Assembly: GCA_947073045.1 (NCBI GenBank) | Contig: CAMTJU010000003.1 | Location: forward strand, 14,993-78,992 | Source of the DNA: an uncultured Clostridia bacterium | Lineage (GTDB): Bacteria > Bacillota > Clostridia > Lachnospirales > CAMVHY01 | Direction of reading: 5' to 3' | Length of the DNA stretch: 64,000 nucleotides | Part shown: in pieces, positions 1 to 10,817 of the stretch | Numbering within the stretch: the first letter of the stretch is position 1 | Layout: the number at the start of each line of letters is the position of its first letter | Made by a program: the position numbers and the translations under genes | The notes under the pieces: model-generated | Told to the model about the DNA's origin: nothing | Seen by the model: only the letters and a program-made list of their open reading frames with translations | The model's database searches: none

Positions 1-21
1 AAATGCAATGAAGAACAAAAA

Positions 22-375
22 ATGCAGCAACGTAATAAAACTGATAACATAATGTCCCCAGTATATTGGACAACAGTAAAAACTGTTTACCTTTTTACAT
101 ATTTGTGTTGTTTAAGAAAATCAGTTGAAAATGTGCAGGCAATTATAGAAAATATGCATATTCTCATTTATAATGTGCAAAATTTTTGCAAATCATATAT
201 GATCAATTTGTTAACGCCTTTATTAATACAATATCTTGTAGAAAATTCAGAAACACTTGCAGAAATAATGTACGATCCTGACAAAATTAAAGATTTTACA
301 CTTAATAAATTTAACGAAAATGAATATAAAAGCAAATATATTAATCGCAATGAAAATTTGATTGAAGCAATATAA
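22..375 (+). CDS. hypothetical protein, possibly the 3' end of a gene starting upstream of the window
   Basis: ORF from the track. The frame stays open back to nt 1. No motif recognised and the N-terminal part has odd composition. Followed by a hairpin plus T-run at 410-439. Confidence 0.25.
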   Translation: MQQRNKTDNIMSPVYWTTVKTVYLFTYLCCLRKSVENVQAIIENMHILIYNVQNFCKSYMINLLTPLLIQYLVENSETLAEIMYDPDKIKDFTLNKFNENEYKSKYINRNENLIEAI

Positions 376-404
376 AAAAAGAATCATAACCGGTGTCATG
401 ATTC
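374..404 (-). terminator. rho-independent terminator downstream of rpsT
   Basis: Stem gaatcat/atgattc (381-387/398-404), followed on the minus strand by a T-run (complement of the A-run at 374-380). Confidence 0.55.
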
Positions 405-409
405 AATTA

Positions 410-439
410 CTGGCAAAAATATTTTGTCAGTTTTTTTTT
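410..439 (+). terminator. rho-independent terminator for ORF 22-375
   Basis: 9-bp stem ctggcaaaa/ttttgtcag with a 3-nt loop, then T9. Confidence 0.55.
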
Positions 440-446
440 GTTTTTT

Positions 447-713
447 TTATGCGCTTAATTTGTTTACCATTTTAGCTAATCTTGATTTTTTACGAGCAGC
501 ATTATTTTTATGATATATACCTTTTGAAGCGGCAATATCAATAAATTTAAAAGCATTTTTTAAAGCAGAATCTGCCTCAGTTTTATTTTGATTTTGAACG
601 GCCAAAATAACTTTCTTCATTTCGGTATGCGTACGAGATTTAATCATTTTATTGTGCAATGTTTTTTTTATCGTTATCTTAATTCTTTTTTTAGCTGATT
701 TTATATTTGCCAA
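447..713 (-). CDS. rpsT: 30S ribosomal protein S20
   Basis: ANIKSAKKRIK...AARKKSRLAK is typical S20. TTG start at 713 lies 6 nt after AAGGAGGTG. The track ATG at 770 has no SD. Confidence 0.9.
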   Translation of the reverse strand: MANIKSAKKRIKITIKKTLHNKMIKSRTHTEMKKVILAVQNQNKTEADSALKNAFKFIDIAASKGIYHKNNAARKKSRLAKMVNKLSA

Positions 714-806
714 GCTTTTCACCTCCTTTATTACTATCTTTATTTTATATGATATTATTTTATAAGTCAATTAATTTCGTTTGAAAAATAAAACAAGGAG
801 AATCTG

Positions 807-1463
807 ATGAAAATTTCAAAACGTCTAAGATTTATTATAAATGAAATTGAAAATGATAGCATAGTTGATATCGGAACAGATCATGCATATGTTCCAATTG
901 CTGCAATGCTGAAGGGAAAGATTAAAAAAGCTATTGCTTGCGATATCAAAAATGGACCACTTGAGATTGCAAAAAAAAATATTGTTGCGCACGGTTTCCA
1001 AAATCAAATAAAAACTAGAATTAGTAATGGATTCGATAATATTTTAATTGGTGAAGCAAATACGGCTGTAATTTCGGGAATGGGTGGGTTTATTATTTGT
1101 GATATACTCAATCGTGCTAAAAATATCTTGCCATTTTTTGAGCAATTAATTATTCAGCCACAAAATAATATTTATTATGTACGAAAACTATTGCATGCGA
1201 ATGGATTTGCCATCAAAAATGAAATATTTTTGTATCAGCAAAATTTTTATAATATAATTAATGCGCACAGGGAAAAAGATATTTTGTATGACGAAAAAGA
1301 TTATGCGGTAGGTAAAATTTTGCTGCAAAACAATGATACATTGCTAAAAAAATTTTTATTGCTGCAAACTCAAAAATTATTGCACATAAAAAATTATAAT
1401 AAAGAAGCAGATAAGTTTTATAAATTATATATGGAGGCACTAGAATGCTTTGTTCAAAAATAA
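807..1463 (+). CDS. trmK: tRNA (adenine22-N1)-methyltransferase TrmK-like
   Basis: N-terminal KRL..I......IVDIGTDHAYVPI motif of the TrmK/YqfN family. Conserved pairing with the downstream nif3 gene. SD AAGGAG. Confidence 0.75.
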   Translation: MKISKRLRFIINEIENDSIVDIGTDHAYVPIAAMLKGKIKKAIACDIKNGPLEIAKKNIVAHGFQNQIKTRISNGFDNILIGEANTAVISGMGGFIICDILNRAKNILPFFEQLIIQPQNNIYYVRKLLHANGFAIKNEIFLYQQNFYNIINAHREKDILYDEKDYAVGKILLQNNDTLLKKFLLLQTQKLLHIKNYNKEADKFYKLYMEALECFVQK

Positions 1464-2224
1464 TTGATGTTTTAAATAAAATTGCTCCAGAAAGTTTTGC
1501 GCTTGAATGGGATAATGTTGGATTGTTGGTTGGTGATAAAAATAATGAAATAAACAAAATTATTATTGGATTGGATTTGACAAACGAAATTATCAACCAA
1601 GCAATAAAATCAAATGTAAACATGATTATTACTCATCATCCTATATTTTTCAAAGGTATAAAAAAAATAACAGATTCGCCAGAAAGCAAGCGAGTAATTC
1701 GATTAATTAAACATAATATTTGTCATTATGCTGCACATACTAATTTGGATATTTGTCAAACTGGTACAAATTTTGCTTTGTTTAATTTGCTTGAACTCGA
1801 AAATATGCAAGGTCTTGAAGATTTAAAATATGGTTTTATGGGAAGAGTGGGGCAGTTAAAAAATAAAATGATGCTTGAAAATTTTGCAAATTTTATAAAA
1901 AACAAATTGGGCTTGGAAAAAATAAATTTTTATGGTGATAAAAATGCTATGATTAAAAAAGTTGCACTTTGCACTGGCAGTGCTTCTAATTATGTATATT
2001 TTTTACTTGCAAAAAAAAATAATTGTGATGTATATTTAACTGGTGACATAAAATATCATGATGCACTTTTGGCACTTGATTTAAATCTAAATTTAATTGA
2101 TGTAACGCATCATGCAAGTGAAAAAATATTTGCGCCTGTATTAAAAAATGAAATCAATAAGTATTTACCAAATATGCAAATAATTTGTGAAAAATATAAT
2201 GATGATTTGTTTCATGTTCTTTAG
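1445..2224 (+). CDS. Nif3-like dinuclear metal-centre protein (YqfO family)
   Basis: ITHHP, AAHTNLD and C-terminal THHASE metal-ligand motifs. Overlaps the trmK end as in the conserved trmK-nif3 pair. Confidence 0.8.
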   Translation: MLCSKIIDVLNKIAPESFALEWDNVGLLVGDKNNEINKIIIGLDLTNEIINQAIKSNVNMIITHHPIFFKGIKKITDSPESKRVIRLIKHNICHYAAHTNLDICQTGTNFALFNLLELENMQGLEDLKYGFMGRVGQLKNKMMLENFANFIKNKLGLEKINFYGDKNAMIKKVALCTGSASNYVYFLLAKKNNCDVYLTGDIKYHDALLALDLNLNLIDVTHHASEKIFAPVLKNEINKYLPNMQIICEKYNDDLFHVL

Positions 2225-2236
2225 GAGGTTTTTTAC

Positions 2237-3871
2237 ATGATAGAAGTTATGGGTAAGAAAATTGATATTGAGAAAGAAATCACGCTATTGGAATTCAGCA
2301 AGCAATTTCAAAATTCATTTAAAAACGAAATAATTTTGGCAAAAGTAAATAACAGGTTGAAAGATTTAACAGATGTATTGTATCCTAAAAATAATTATAA
2401 AATAGAATTTTTGGATATATCAGATCCAAATGGCTTTCGCACTTATCAGCGAAGCATTATTTTTTTGCTTATATATTCTATAAAATCCATATGCGGCAAA
2501 AAAACACGTGTTATCATTGAACATTCCCTTAATAAAAATTATTATTGCGAGATAGACAAAATTAATATAACAGAAAATTTATTAAAGCAAATAGAAAACA
2601 AAATGTATGAAACAATCGAAAAGAATTTGCCAATTCAAAAATTATATTTGCCAATTGAAACTGTTTTGACAACCATGAATGAATTTTGCGATAATGACAA
2701 TCGTTTTAATTTTAACCGTAATTCCAATTTGAATCTTTATAAACTGGATTGGTATTACGATTATTATTATGGGACAATGCTGCCGAGCACAAGTTATATT
2801 AAAAAATTCTTTCTACACACAAAATTAAATGGGTTTGTTGTACAGTTTCCACGTTTTGATACACCTTATAAATTTGAAAAAATAAAACCTAATGAAAAAA
2901 TTTCGCAAGTTTTTTTAGAGTCTTCACATTGGTTAAAAATAATGAATTTACAGACGGTTAACTCGCTCAATGAAATAATTTGCAATGGAAAAGCTAGTGA
3001 ATTAATTTATTTGTCAGAAGCTCTCCACGAAAACAAAATAGTAAATATCGCCGCGCAAATTTGCAAAAGCAAAAAGAAAATAATTTTGATTGGCGGACCA
3101 ACTTCTTCTGGCAAAACTACATTTGCTCATAGATTATGTTTGCAGCTTAGAGTAAATGGAATTAAACCACACATGATTTCTATTGACGATTATTTTTTGA
3201 ACAGAGAAGATTCGCCCATAGATGAAAATGGAAATCACGATTTTGAAAGTTTGGAAGCATTGGATGTAAAAAAATTAAATGACGATTTAGAAATACTTTT
3301 ATCAGGCAAAATGATTGAAATTCCAAGATTTAATTTTATGATAGGGCGGCGTGAAAACAGTGGACATTTTATTCAATTAAAAAATGATGATGTTTTAATC
3401 ATGGAAGGTATTCATGGTTTAAATGAAAAATTAACGTCAAAAATTGATAAAAATGACAAATTTAAAATTTTTATAAGTGCCCTTACCCAATTAAATATTG
3501 ATGACCATAACAGAATTTCGACAACTGACACGCGCCTAGTCAGAAGAATTGTTAGAGATCATCAATTTCGTGGATTCAATGCAAAAAGTACAATAGATAT
3601 ATGGAAATCTGTAGTACGCGGCGAAAATAATTATATATTCCCATATCAAGAAGAGGCAGATATGTTTTTTAATTCTTCATTGGTGTATGAAATGTCAGTG
3701 CTTAAACAATTTGCAAATCCACTTTTATTTAATATATCCAATAATGATAAAGAATATTGTGAGGCAAACCGTCTCATTCGTTTTCTTGGTTCATTTTTAA
3801 CATTAAATACTCAACATATTCCTAAAAATTCTATCCTTCGCGAATTTATTGGTAACAGTTGTTTCCATTGA
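2237..3871 (+). CDS. long-form uridine kinase/phosphoribulokinase-family P-loop kinase
   Basis: Walker A GGPTSSGKTTF in the C-terminal half. PRK/uridine-kinase-like motifs (ILIMEGIHGLN, RRIVRD). About 280-aa N-terminal extension. SD AGGAGG. Confidence 0.6.
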   Translation: MIEVMGKKIDIEKEITLLEFSKQFQNSFKNEIILAKVNNRLKDLTDVLYPKNNYKIEFLDISDPNGFRTYQRSIIFLLIYSIKSICGKKTRVIIEHSLNKNYYCEIDKINITENLLKQIENKMYETIEKNLPIQKLYLPIETVLTTMNEFCDNDNRFNFNRNSNLNLYKLDWYYDYYYGTMLPSTSYIKKFFLHTKLNGFVVQFPRFDTPYKFEKIKPNEKISQVFLESSHWLKIMNLQTVNSLNEIICNGKASELIYLSEALHENKIVNIAAQICKSKKKIILIGGPTSSGKTTFAHRLCLQLRVNGIKPHMISIDDYFLNREDSPIDENGNHDFESLEALDVKKLNDDLEILLSGKMIEIPRFNFMIGRRENSGHFIQLKNDDVLIMEGIHGLNEKLTSKIDKNDKFKIFISALTQLNIDDHNRISTTDTRLVRRIVRDHQFRGFNAKSTIDIWKSVVRGENNYIFPYQEEADMFFNSSLVYEMSVLKQFANPLLFNISNNDKEYCEANRLIRFLGSFLTLNTQHIPKNSILREFIGNSCFH

Positions 3872-3952
3872 TTTAATTTGCTTAAAACTTATTTATAATA
3901 AGTAAAGCTCGAGAAATGATTCATCAAAAAAATTATTTTTCGGGCCATTTTT

Positions 3953-3981
3953 TTGCAAAACAAAAATTCTACAAATATAAA
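3953..3981 (+). promoter_or_regulatory. sigma-A-type promoter of copA
   Basis: TTGCAA (3953-3958), 17-nt spacer, TATAAA (3976-3981), about 45 nt upstream of the copA ATG. Confidence 0.45.
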
Positions 3982-4024
3982 GTCAAAAAGTGATACAATA
4001 AATATACAAAAGGAGGGCTCTTGC

Positions 4025-6553
4025 ATGAAACAATATATAGTTATGGGAATGAGTTGTGCATCTTGTAGCAGTCGCATAGAAAAAGCAGTATCTAAAGTTG
4101 TTGGAGTAAAGTCTTGCTTTGTCAATTTGCTTACTAATTCTATGAGTGTAGAGGGAAACGCATCTGATTCCGACATTATTATGGCAGTTAAAAATGCTGG
4201 TTATGACGCGACAGTTAAAAAAACTAAAAAAAATGTTTGCCCGCAAGATGTGATGTCAAGCGAAGAAAAATTACTCAAAGACCAAGAAACTCCGATTTTG
4301 AAGAAACGTTTAATTTTTTCGCTTATTTTTTTGTCAGTTCTTTTATATATATCAATGGGTTATGTGATGTTTGACTGGCCTTTGCCAAAATTCATGGCAG
4401 GCAATTATATTATGATAGGTATTTTGCAAATGCTCCTAAGCATAGCTATTATGATTATTAACCAGAAATTTTTTATCAGCGGTTTTCGAAGTTTAATTCA
4501 CAAATCACCAAATATGGATGCACTTGTTGCTATCGGTTCTATTGCAGCTTTTGTATACAGTGTTTGGGTACTATTGGCAATGACTCAAGCGCAGATGATT
4601 GGTGATTTAGATGCTGTAATAAATTATATGCACGAGTTTTATTTTGAAACAGCAGCCACAATTCTTGCACTAATTACTGTAGGTAAGATGTTGGAATCGC
4701 ACTCTAAAGGCAAAACAACAGATGCTTTGAAGTCACTTATGAAGCTGTCTGCCAAAAATGCTACTATTATTAAAGATGGACTGGAGAAAACGGTTCCTAT
4801 TGAGCAGATTAAAAAAGGTGATATTTTTGTGGTGCGTCCCGGTGAAAATATTCCTGTTGATGGAGTTGTAATTGAAGGTAGTAGTGCAATTAATGAATCG
4901 GCTCTGACTGGCGAAAGTATCCCTGTTGATAAAAATATTGGTGATCAGGTATCAGCGGCGACAATAAATCAATTTGGCTTCATCAAATGTGAAGCAACCA
5001 GAGTTGGAGAAGATACGACTCTAGCTCAAATTATCCAAATGGTTAGTGACGCGGCTGCAACTAAAGCCCCAATTGCAAAAATTGCTGATAAAGTATCCGG
5101 AATTTTTGTTCCTGTCGTTATTCTGATTGCACTTATAACTTTTATCGCTTGGATAATTGCTGGACAGAGCATTGGCTTCGCACTATCTCGCGCTATTTCT
5201 GTACTAGTTATTAGTTGTCCGTGTGCTTTAGGCTTAGCGACGCCCGTTGCCATTATGGTCGGCAATGGCATGGGTGCAAAAAATGGTATTCTGTTTAAAA
5301 CGGCAGTTTCTTTGGAAGAAGCCGGAAAAATTGAAATCGTTGCTTTAGATAAAACTGGTACAATAACTGCTGGAGAACCAAAAGTTACAGATATTATTCC
5401 GACAGAAGATTTTGATGCTCAACAACTTCTCACTCTTGCCTATGCCTTGGAAAAAAAAAGTGAGCATCCACTCGCAAAAGCAATTGTACAAAAAGCTGCA
5501 GAACAAAATATTTCTAACAATGAAGTTTCTGAATTTCATGAGCTTTCTGGCAACGGTCTAACCGCTAAATTAAATGACAAAACACTTCTCGCTGGCAGCT
5601 ATAAATTTATCAGCAATCAAACAAAAATATCTGATAGTATTAAACACAAAGTAGAGCAGCTTTCAGAAGAAGGTAAAACGCCACTGCTTTTTAGCAGCAA
5701 TGGCAATCTTGTCGGTATCATTGCTGTGGCAGACGTGATTAAAGCACAGAGTCCACAAGCTGTATGTGAATTGCAAAACATGGGTATTTACGTGGTTATG
5801 CTGACGGGCGACAATGAGCATACTGCAAATGCTATTGGCAAGCAAGTTGGTGTAGACGAAATTATTGCTGGTGTTCTTCCAAATGGTAAAGAAAGTGTTA
5901 TCAACTCTTTAAAGAGAAAAGGAAAAGTTGCTATGGTTGGCGATGGTATCAATGATGCTCCTGCCTTGACTCGAGCTGACATTGGCATTGCAATAGGCGC
6001 AGGTACCGACGTTGCCATTGATGCGGCAGATATTGTACTGATGAAAAGTTGTTTGAGTGATATTCCGGCAGCAATTCGCCTGAGTCGTGCCACACTCAAA
6101 AATATATATGAAAATTTATTCTGGGCATTCTCTTATAACATAATTGGAATTCCTTTGGCAGCAGGTGTTTTCATACCGCTTTTAAGTTGGCAGCTAAATC
6201 CTATGTTTGCAGCCGCAGCAATGAGTTTTTCCAGTTTTTTTGTTGTAACTAATGCACTGCATTTGAATTTGTTTAAAAATCAAGATACGCAAAAAGACAA
6301 AAAAATAAAGCCGAGAATGGCGAAAAAGGAGAGTAGTAATATGCAAAAAAAGACATTGAATATTGAAGGAATGACTTGTGGGCACTGTGAAGCTCATGTC
6401 AAAAAAGCTTTAGAAAATATAGATGGCGTAGAGACAGCCGTGGTCAGTCACGAAAATAAAACTGCCATCGTAACACTGACAAAGGATCTTCCTAATGAAA
6501 TATTAAAGCAGGCTGTTGAAGCTGAAGATTATCAAGTACTGAGCATTTCGTAA
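4025..6553 (+). CDS. copA: copper-translocating P-type ATPase with N-terminal and C-terminal HMA domains
   Basis: GMSCASC (N-terminal HMA), CPC in SCPCALGLATP, DKTGT, GDGINDAP, and a C-terminal HMA GMTCGHC. Start moved to ATG 4025 behind AAGGAGGG. Confidence 0.9.
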   Translation: MKQYIVMGMSCASCSSRIEKAVSKVVGVKSCFVNLLTNSMSVEGNASDSDIIMAVKNAGYDATVKKTKKNVCPQDVMSSEEKLLKDQETPILKKRLIFSLIFLSVLLYISMGYVMFDWPLPKFMAGNYIMIGILQMLLSIAIMIINQKFFISGFRSLIHKSPNMDALVAIGSIAAFVYSVWVLLAMTQAQMIGDLDAVINYMHEFYFETAATILALITVGKMLESHSKGKTTDALKSLMKLSAKNATIIKDGLEKTVPIEQIKKGDIFVVRPGENIPVDGVVIEGSSAINESALTGESIPVDKNIGDQVSAATINQFGFIKCEATRVGEDTTLAQIIQMVSDAAATKAPIAKIADKVSGIFVPVVILIALITFIAWIIAGQSIGFALSRAISVLVISCPCALGLATPVAIMVGNGMGAKNGILFKTAVSLEEAGKIEIVALDKTGTITAGEPKVTDIIPTEDFDAQQLLTLAYALEKKSEHPLAKAIVQKAAEQNISNNEVSEFHELSGNGLTAKLNDKTLLAGSYKFISNQTKISDSIKHKVEQLSEEGKTPLLFSSNGNLVGIIAVADVIKAQSPQAVCELQNMGIYVVMLTGDNEHTANAIGKQVGVDEIIAGVLPNGKESVINSLKRKGKVAMVGDGINDAPALTRADIGIAIGAGTDVAIDAADIVLMKSCLSDIPAAIRLSRATLKNIYENLFWAFSYNIIGIPLAAGVFIPLLSWQLNPMFAAAAMSFSSFFVVTNALHLNLFKNQDTQKDKKIKPRMAKKESSNMQKKTLNIEGMTCGHCEAHVKKALENIDGVETAVVSHENKTAIVTLTKDLPNEILKQAVEAEDYQVLSIS

Positions 6554-6583
6554 AAAAATATTTTAATTATAGGTTTAAAAAAA

Positions 6584-6625
6584 ATCCGCATCGTTTGTGA
6601 ATAAATTTATACGGTGCGGATTTTC
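6584..6625 (+). terminator. rho-independent terminator after copA
   Basis: Stem atccgcatcg/cggtgcggat (one G-U pair), 18-nt loop, then TTTT. Confidence 0.55.
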
Positions 6626-6729
6626 TATATTATTTATGTTTATCTTATAAACAAAAATAAAATCAAATCAAACAATAAAAATTCTACAAATAAATGTTTT
6701 ACGAATAAATATTTAAAAATAGATTGCTC

Positions 6730-6756
6730 ACATAAACAAAGCTTGAACATAAAATA
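6730..6756 (+). promoter_or_regulatory. candidate sigma-K-type promoter upstream of dpaA
   Basis: AC-16 nt-CATAaaaTA matches the B. subtilis-derived sigma-K consensus AC-16/17-CATANNNTA. It lies very close to the SD, and AT-rich background makes chance matches likely. Confidence 0.25.
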
Positions 6757-6776
6757 AAAATATGGAGGTGAAAAAA

Positions 6777-7562
6777 TTGTATGGACTAATTATTAAAGAT
6801 GACAAACGTTATGATTACACACAAAAATATTTAGAGAAAAATGGTTTTATTATTCAAAATAAATATGATAAAAAAATCAAATTTATATTATTTCCATTCA
6901 AAGAAAATATCGACAATATTATTTATGATAAGAAGTTTTTTTCAAATTTATCCAAAGACACTTTGATTTTTAGTGGCATTGAAAATAAATACATTAAGCT
7001 TATGTGCGATGAAAACAATTTGAATTATGAACCTATTATGAATTCAGATTATGTTGCAATTTTAAATGCCGTTCCAACTGCCGAAGGCGTTATTTCATAT
7101 TTAATACAGAACAGAAAAAAAACTATTATGGATTCAAAAATTCTTGTAATTGGATATGGAAGATGCGGTAAAGTTTTAGCACAAAAATTAGCTCTATTGG
7201 GCGCTAAAGTTTATACAAATACTTTAAAGCAATCTGACTATGCCAAGGCAATTACAAATAAAATTATTCCATTTTACGAAATGAATTTTTGGAATAATGA
7301 CTTCGATATAATCATTAATACTGCTTGCGCGCAAACTATTGACAATAAAAATTTAGAATATATATCCGACAAAACTTTATTGATAGATATTACACCTGTT
7401 GGATTTGAAATTGATGCAGCTCGCAAAAAAAATCCTTATTCAAACAGATTATTAGCCATACCATCAAAATTTGCTTTGCAGAGTGCCGGCGAAATTTTAG
7501 GTAAATATATATATGAGAGGGTGATAGAATGCTTACCAACAAAAAAATTGGATTCGGTATAA
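6777..7562 (+). CDS. dpaA: dipicolinate synthase subunit A
   Basis: Rossmann motif VIGYGRCGK. Position directly upstream of dpaB. TTG 6777 lies 6 nt after GGAGGTG; the track ATG 6762 overlaps that SD. Confidence 0.75.
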   Translation: MYGLIIKDDKRYDYTQKYLEKNGFIIQNKYDKKIKFILFPFKENIDNIIYDKKFFSNLSKDTLIFSGIENKYIKLMCDENNLNYEPIMNSDYVAILNAVPTAEGVISYLIQNRKKTIMDSKILVIGYGRCGKVLAQKLALLGAKVYTNTLKQSDYAKAITNKIIPFYEMNFWNNDFDIIINTACAQTIDNKNLEYISDKTLLIDITPVGFEIDAARKKNPYSNRLLAIPSKFALQSAGEILGKYIYERVIECLPTKKLDSV

Positions 7563-8122
7563 CCGGTTCTTTCTGTACAATTAATAATATTCCCCCTGCC
7601 CTTGAAAATTTACAAAAGGCAGGTGCACAAATTTTTTGCTTTGTAACAAAAAATGTTTTGCATACAAATAACAGATTTAATAATGCCAATGACTTCATAA
7701 AAAAATTAGAAGACATAACTCAAAAAAAAGTTATAAGTGAAATTACCGAGGCAGAAAAATTTGGCCCCTTCCATCCCCTAGATTGTATGGTAATTGCGCC
7801 AATAACCGGAAATTCTTTAGCTAAACTTGCTAATGGTATTACAGATAATGCCGTACTTATGTCGACAAAAACTACTCTTCGTAATAGAAAACCTGTTGTG
7901 CTTGCGCCATTTACAAATGATGCATTGGCAATGAACGGCACAAATATTATGAAATTAATGAACACAAAAAAAATATATTTTGTACCATTTGGACAAGATG
8001 ATCCAGTAAAAAAACCTACAAGTATGACATCTGACCTTTCTAAATTAAAAGATACAATAATTTGTGCAATGGATGAAAAACAATATCAACCGGTCATAAT
8101 TGAAAATTTTCATAAAAAATAA
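7529..8122 (+). CDS. dpaB: dipicolinate synthase subunit B (flavoprotein)
   Basis: N-terminus KKIGFGITGSFCT, as in SpoVFB. Overlaps the dpaA end. Confidence 0.8.
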   Translation: MLTNKKIGFGITGSFCTINNIPPALENLQKAGAQIFCFVTKNVLHTNNRFNNANDFIKKLEDITQKKVISEITEAEKFGPFHPLDCMVIAPITGNSLAKLANGITDNAVLMSTKTTLRNRKPVVLAPFTNDALAMNGTNIMKLMNTKKIYFVPFGQDDPVKKPTSMTSDLSKLKDTIICAMDEKQYQPVIIENFHKK

Positions 8123-8184
8123 TGTATATAATTTATACCAATGGCCATAATTATTATGCAACATTAATTAAAATATCCCCCTCA

Positions 8185-8226
8185 AAGTTCAAATTCATTT
8201 TTTTTAATTGAATTTGAACTTTTTAT
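8185..8226 (+). terminator. rho-independent terminator after dpaB
   Basis: 13-bp stem aagttcaaattca/tgaatttgaactt followed by a T-run. Confidence 0.8.
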
Positions 8227-8272
8227 TTGTGATATAATTTTTTTGTTAAATTTTACTTCGAGGGGTTTTTAT

Positions 8273-9403
8273 ATGAAGTGGAAAAAAACTGAGTGGCTCT
8301 TGGCAGTTTTAGTTATCATTTTATCTATCATCGGTATAATTGCTATTGGAAGCGCAACACATATTTACAATAATGCTGGATATTCAAATGAGTTTGCAAG
8401 CCAAAAAATTTGGTTTCTTATAGGCATCGTATTTATGATTTTATTTTCATTTATTGATTACGAAATGATTTGCAAATTTTATATTCCTATTTATGTTTTT
8501 GATTTAATTTTGCTTTTAGCCGTACTCATTATTGGCAAAAACAGTCCAAGTTCTGTAACGCGTTGGATAAGTTTTGGACCAATTGGCATACAGCCATCTG
8601 AGTTTGCAAAAATTTTTACAATAATATTTTTATCTAGCTTAGTAAATATAAAACGCGAAAGCATTAACAAACTGTATGTATTGATTTTAATTTTATTAAG
8701 CTCGTTCATACCAGTCGCATTAATTATGAAACAGCCTTCTCTCTCTGCTAGTATCGTAATTTTAGCAATTACCTTCGCAATATTATTTATATCAGGCTTG
8801 GATTATAAATATATTTATCGAACAATAATAGCAATTTTACCTATAGCTGTTTTTTTATTTTGGGATTTATTGCGTGAAAATCATTTGATAATAAATAAAT
8901 TTCTGAAAGATTATCAAATAGAAAGAATTACTACAATGATAAAATCTGATCCATACAGTCAAAATTTTTATCAAACTAAGCAATCAATGTTTGCAATAGG
9001 TTCAGGACAAATTTTTGGCAAAGGCCTTTTTAATGGAACTATAAATCGTTTGAATTACCTTCCCGAATCTCACAACGATTTTATTTTTTCTGTAATTGGT
9101 GAGGAATTTGGATTTGTTGGATGTATGGCTGTACTTTGCCTACTTTTTTGGGTTATCGCTATTTGCATCAATGTGGCTAAAAATTCAAACTCTTTTTTGG
9201 GAGAATTAATTGCTTGCGGCATAGCTTCAATGTTTCTGTTTCAAACGTTTGTAAATGTTGGCGTAGCTACGGGAATTTTACCTAATACCGGAATGCCACT
9301 TCCTTTCATAAGTTATGGTGGAAGTTCTATGTTTGTAAATATGATTGCGATTGGCATAGTTATTAATGTAAGCATAAATTCAAATAAAAAATTGTTTTCA
9401 TAA
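8273..9403 (+). CDS. SEDS-family protein (FtsW/RodA/SpoVE)
   Basis: About 10 TM segments. Conserved PSEFAK and LP.TG.PLPF.SYGGSS motifs. ATG 8273 preferred over TTG 8243. Confidence 0.8.
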   Translation: MKWKKTEWLLAVLVIILSIIGIIAIGSATHIYNNAGYSNEFASQKIWFLIGIVFMILFSFIDYEMICKFYIPIYVFDLILLLAVLIIGKNSPSSVTRWISFGPIGIQPSEFAKIFTIIFLSSLVNIKRESINKLYVLILILLSSFIPVALIMKQPSLSASIVILAITFAILFISGLDYKYIYRTIIAILPIAVFLFWDLLRENHLIINKFLKDYQIERITTMIKSDPYSQNFYQTKQSMFAIGSGQIFGKGLFNGTINRLNYLPESHNDFIFSVIGEEFGFVGCMAVLCLLFWVIAICINVAKNSNSFLGELIACGIASMFLFQTFVNVGVATGILPNTGMPLPFISYGGSSMFVNMIAIGIVINVSINSNKKLFS

Positions 9404-9404
9404 C

Positions 9405-9441
9405 AAAAAAGACTAAGTTTATCAAAACATAGTCTTTTTTT
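9405..9441. terminator. bidirectional terminator between the SEDS gene and obg
   Basis: Stem aagacta/tagtctt flanked by an A-run and a T-run. Confidence 0.55.
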
Positions 9442-9464
9442 GTTGCATCAATATATCAATAGAT

Positions 9465-10811
<1,347 letters not shown>

Positions 10812-10817
10812 TTAATT

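Noticed and set aside
3962-3981. CopY-type cop box (TACAnnTGTA) in the copA promoter.
   Set aside because: The sequence is TACAAATATA, so the second half-site TGTA is absent. No copY, copZ or csoR gene is adjacent.
3953-4024. N-terminal extensions in the ORF track, for example copA from 3953, rpsT from 770, cysS from 24732, the orphan from 26155, hydE from 54481, atpE from 44002, atpA from 42652 and rpsU from 20681.
   Set aside because: Downstream in-frame starts have canonical SDs at proper spacing and match the conserved family N-termini. The extensions overlap upstream genes, promoters or the SD itself.
3872-6761. copA as a mobile cassette bounded by the 16-nt direct repeats.
   Set aside because: There is no integrase, transposase or inverted terminal repeats. 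The repeats are not positioned like target-site duplications: one lies inside the promoter. It is kept only as a low-interest repeat observation.
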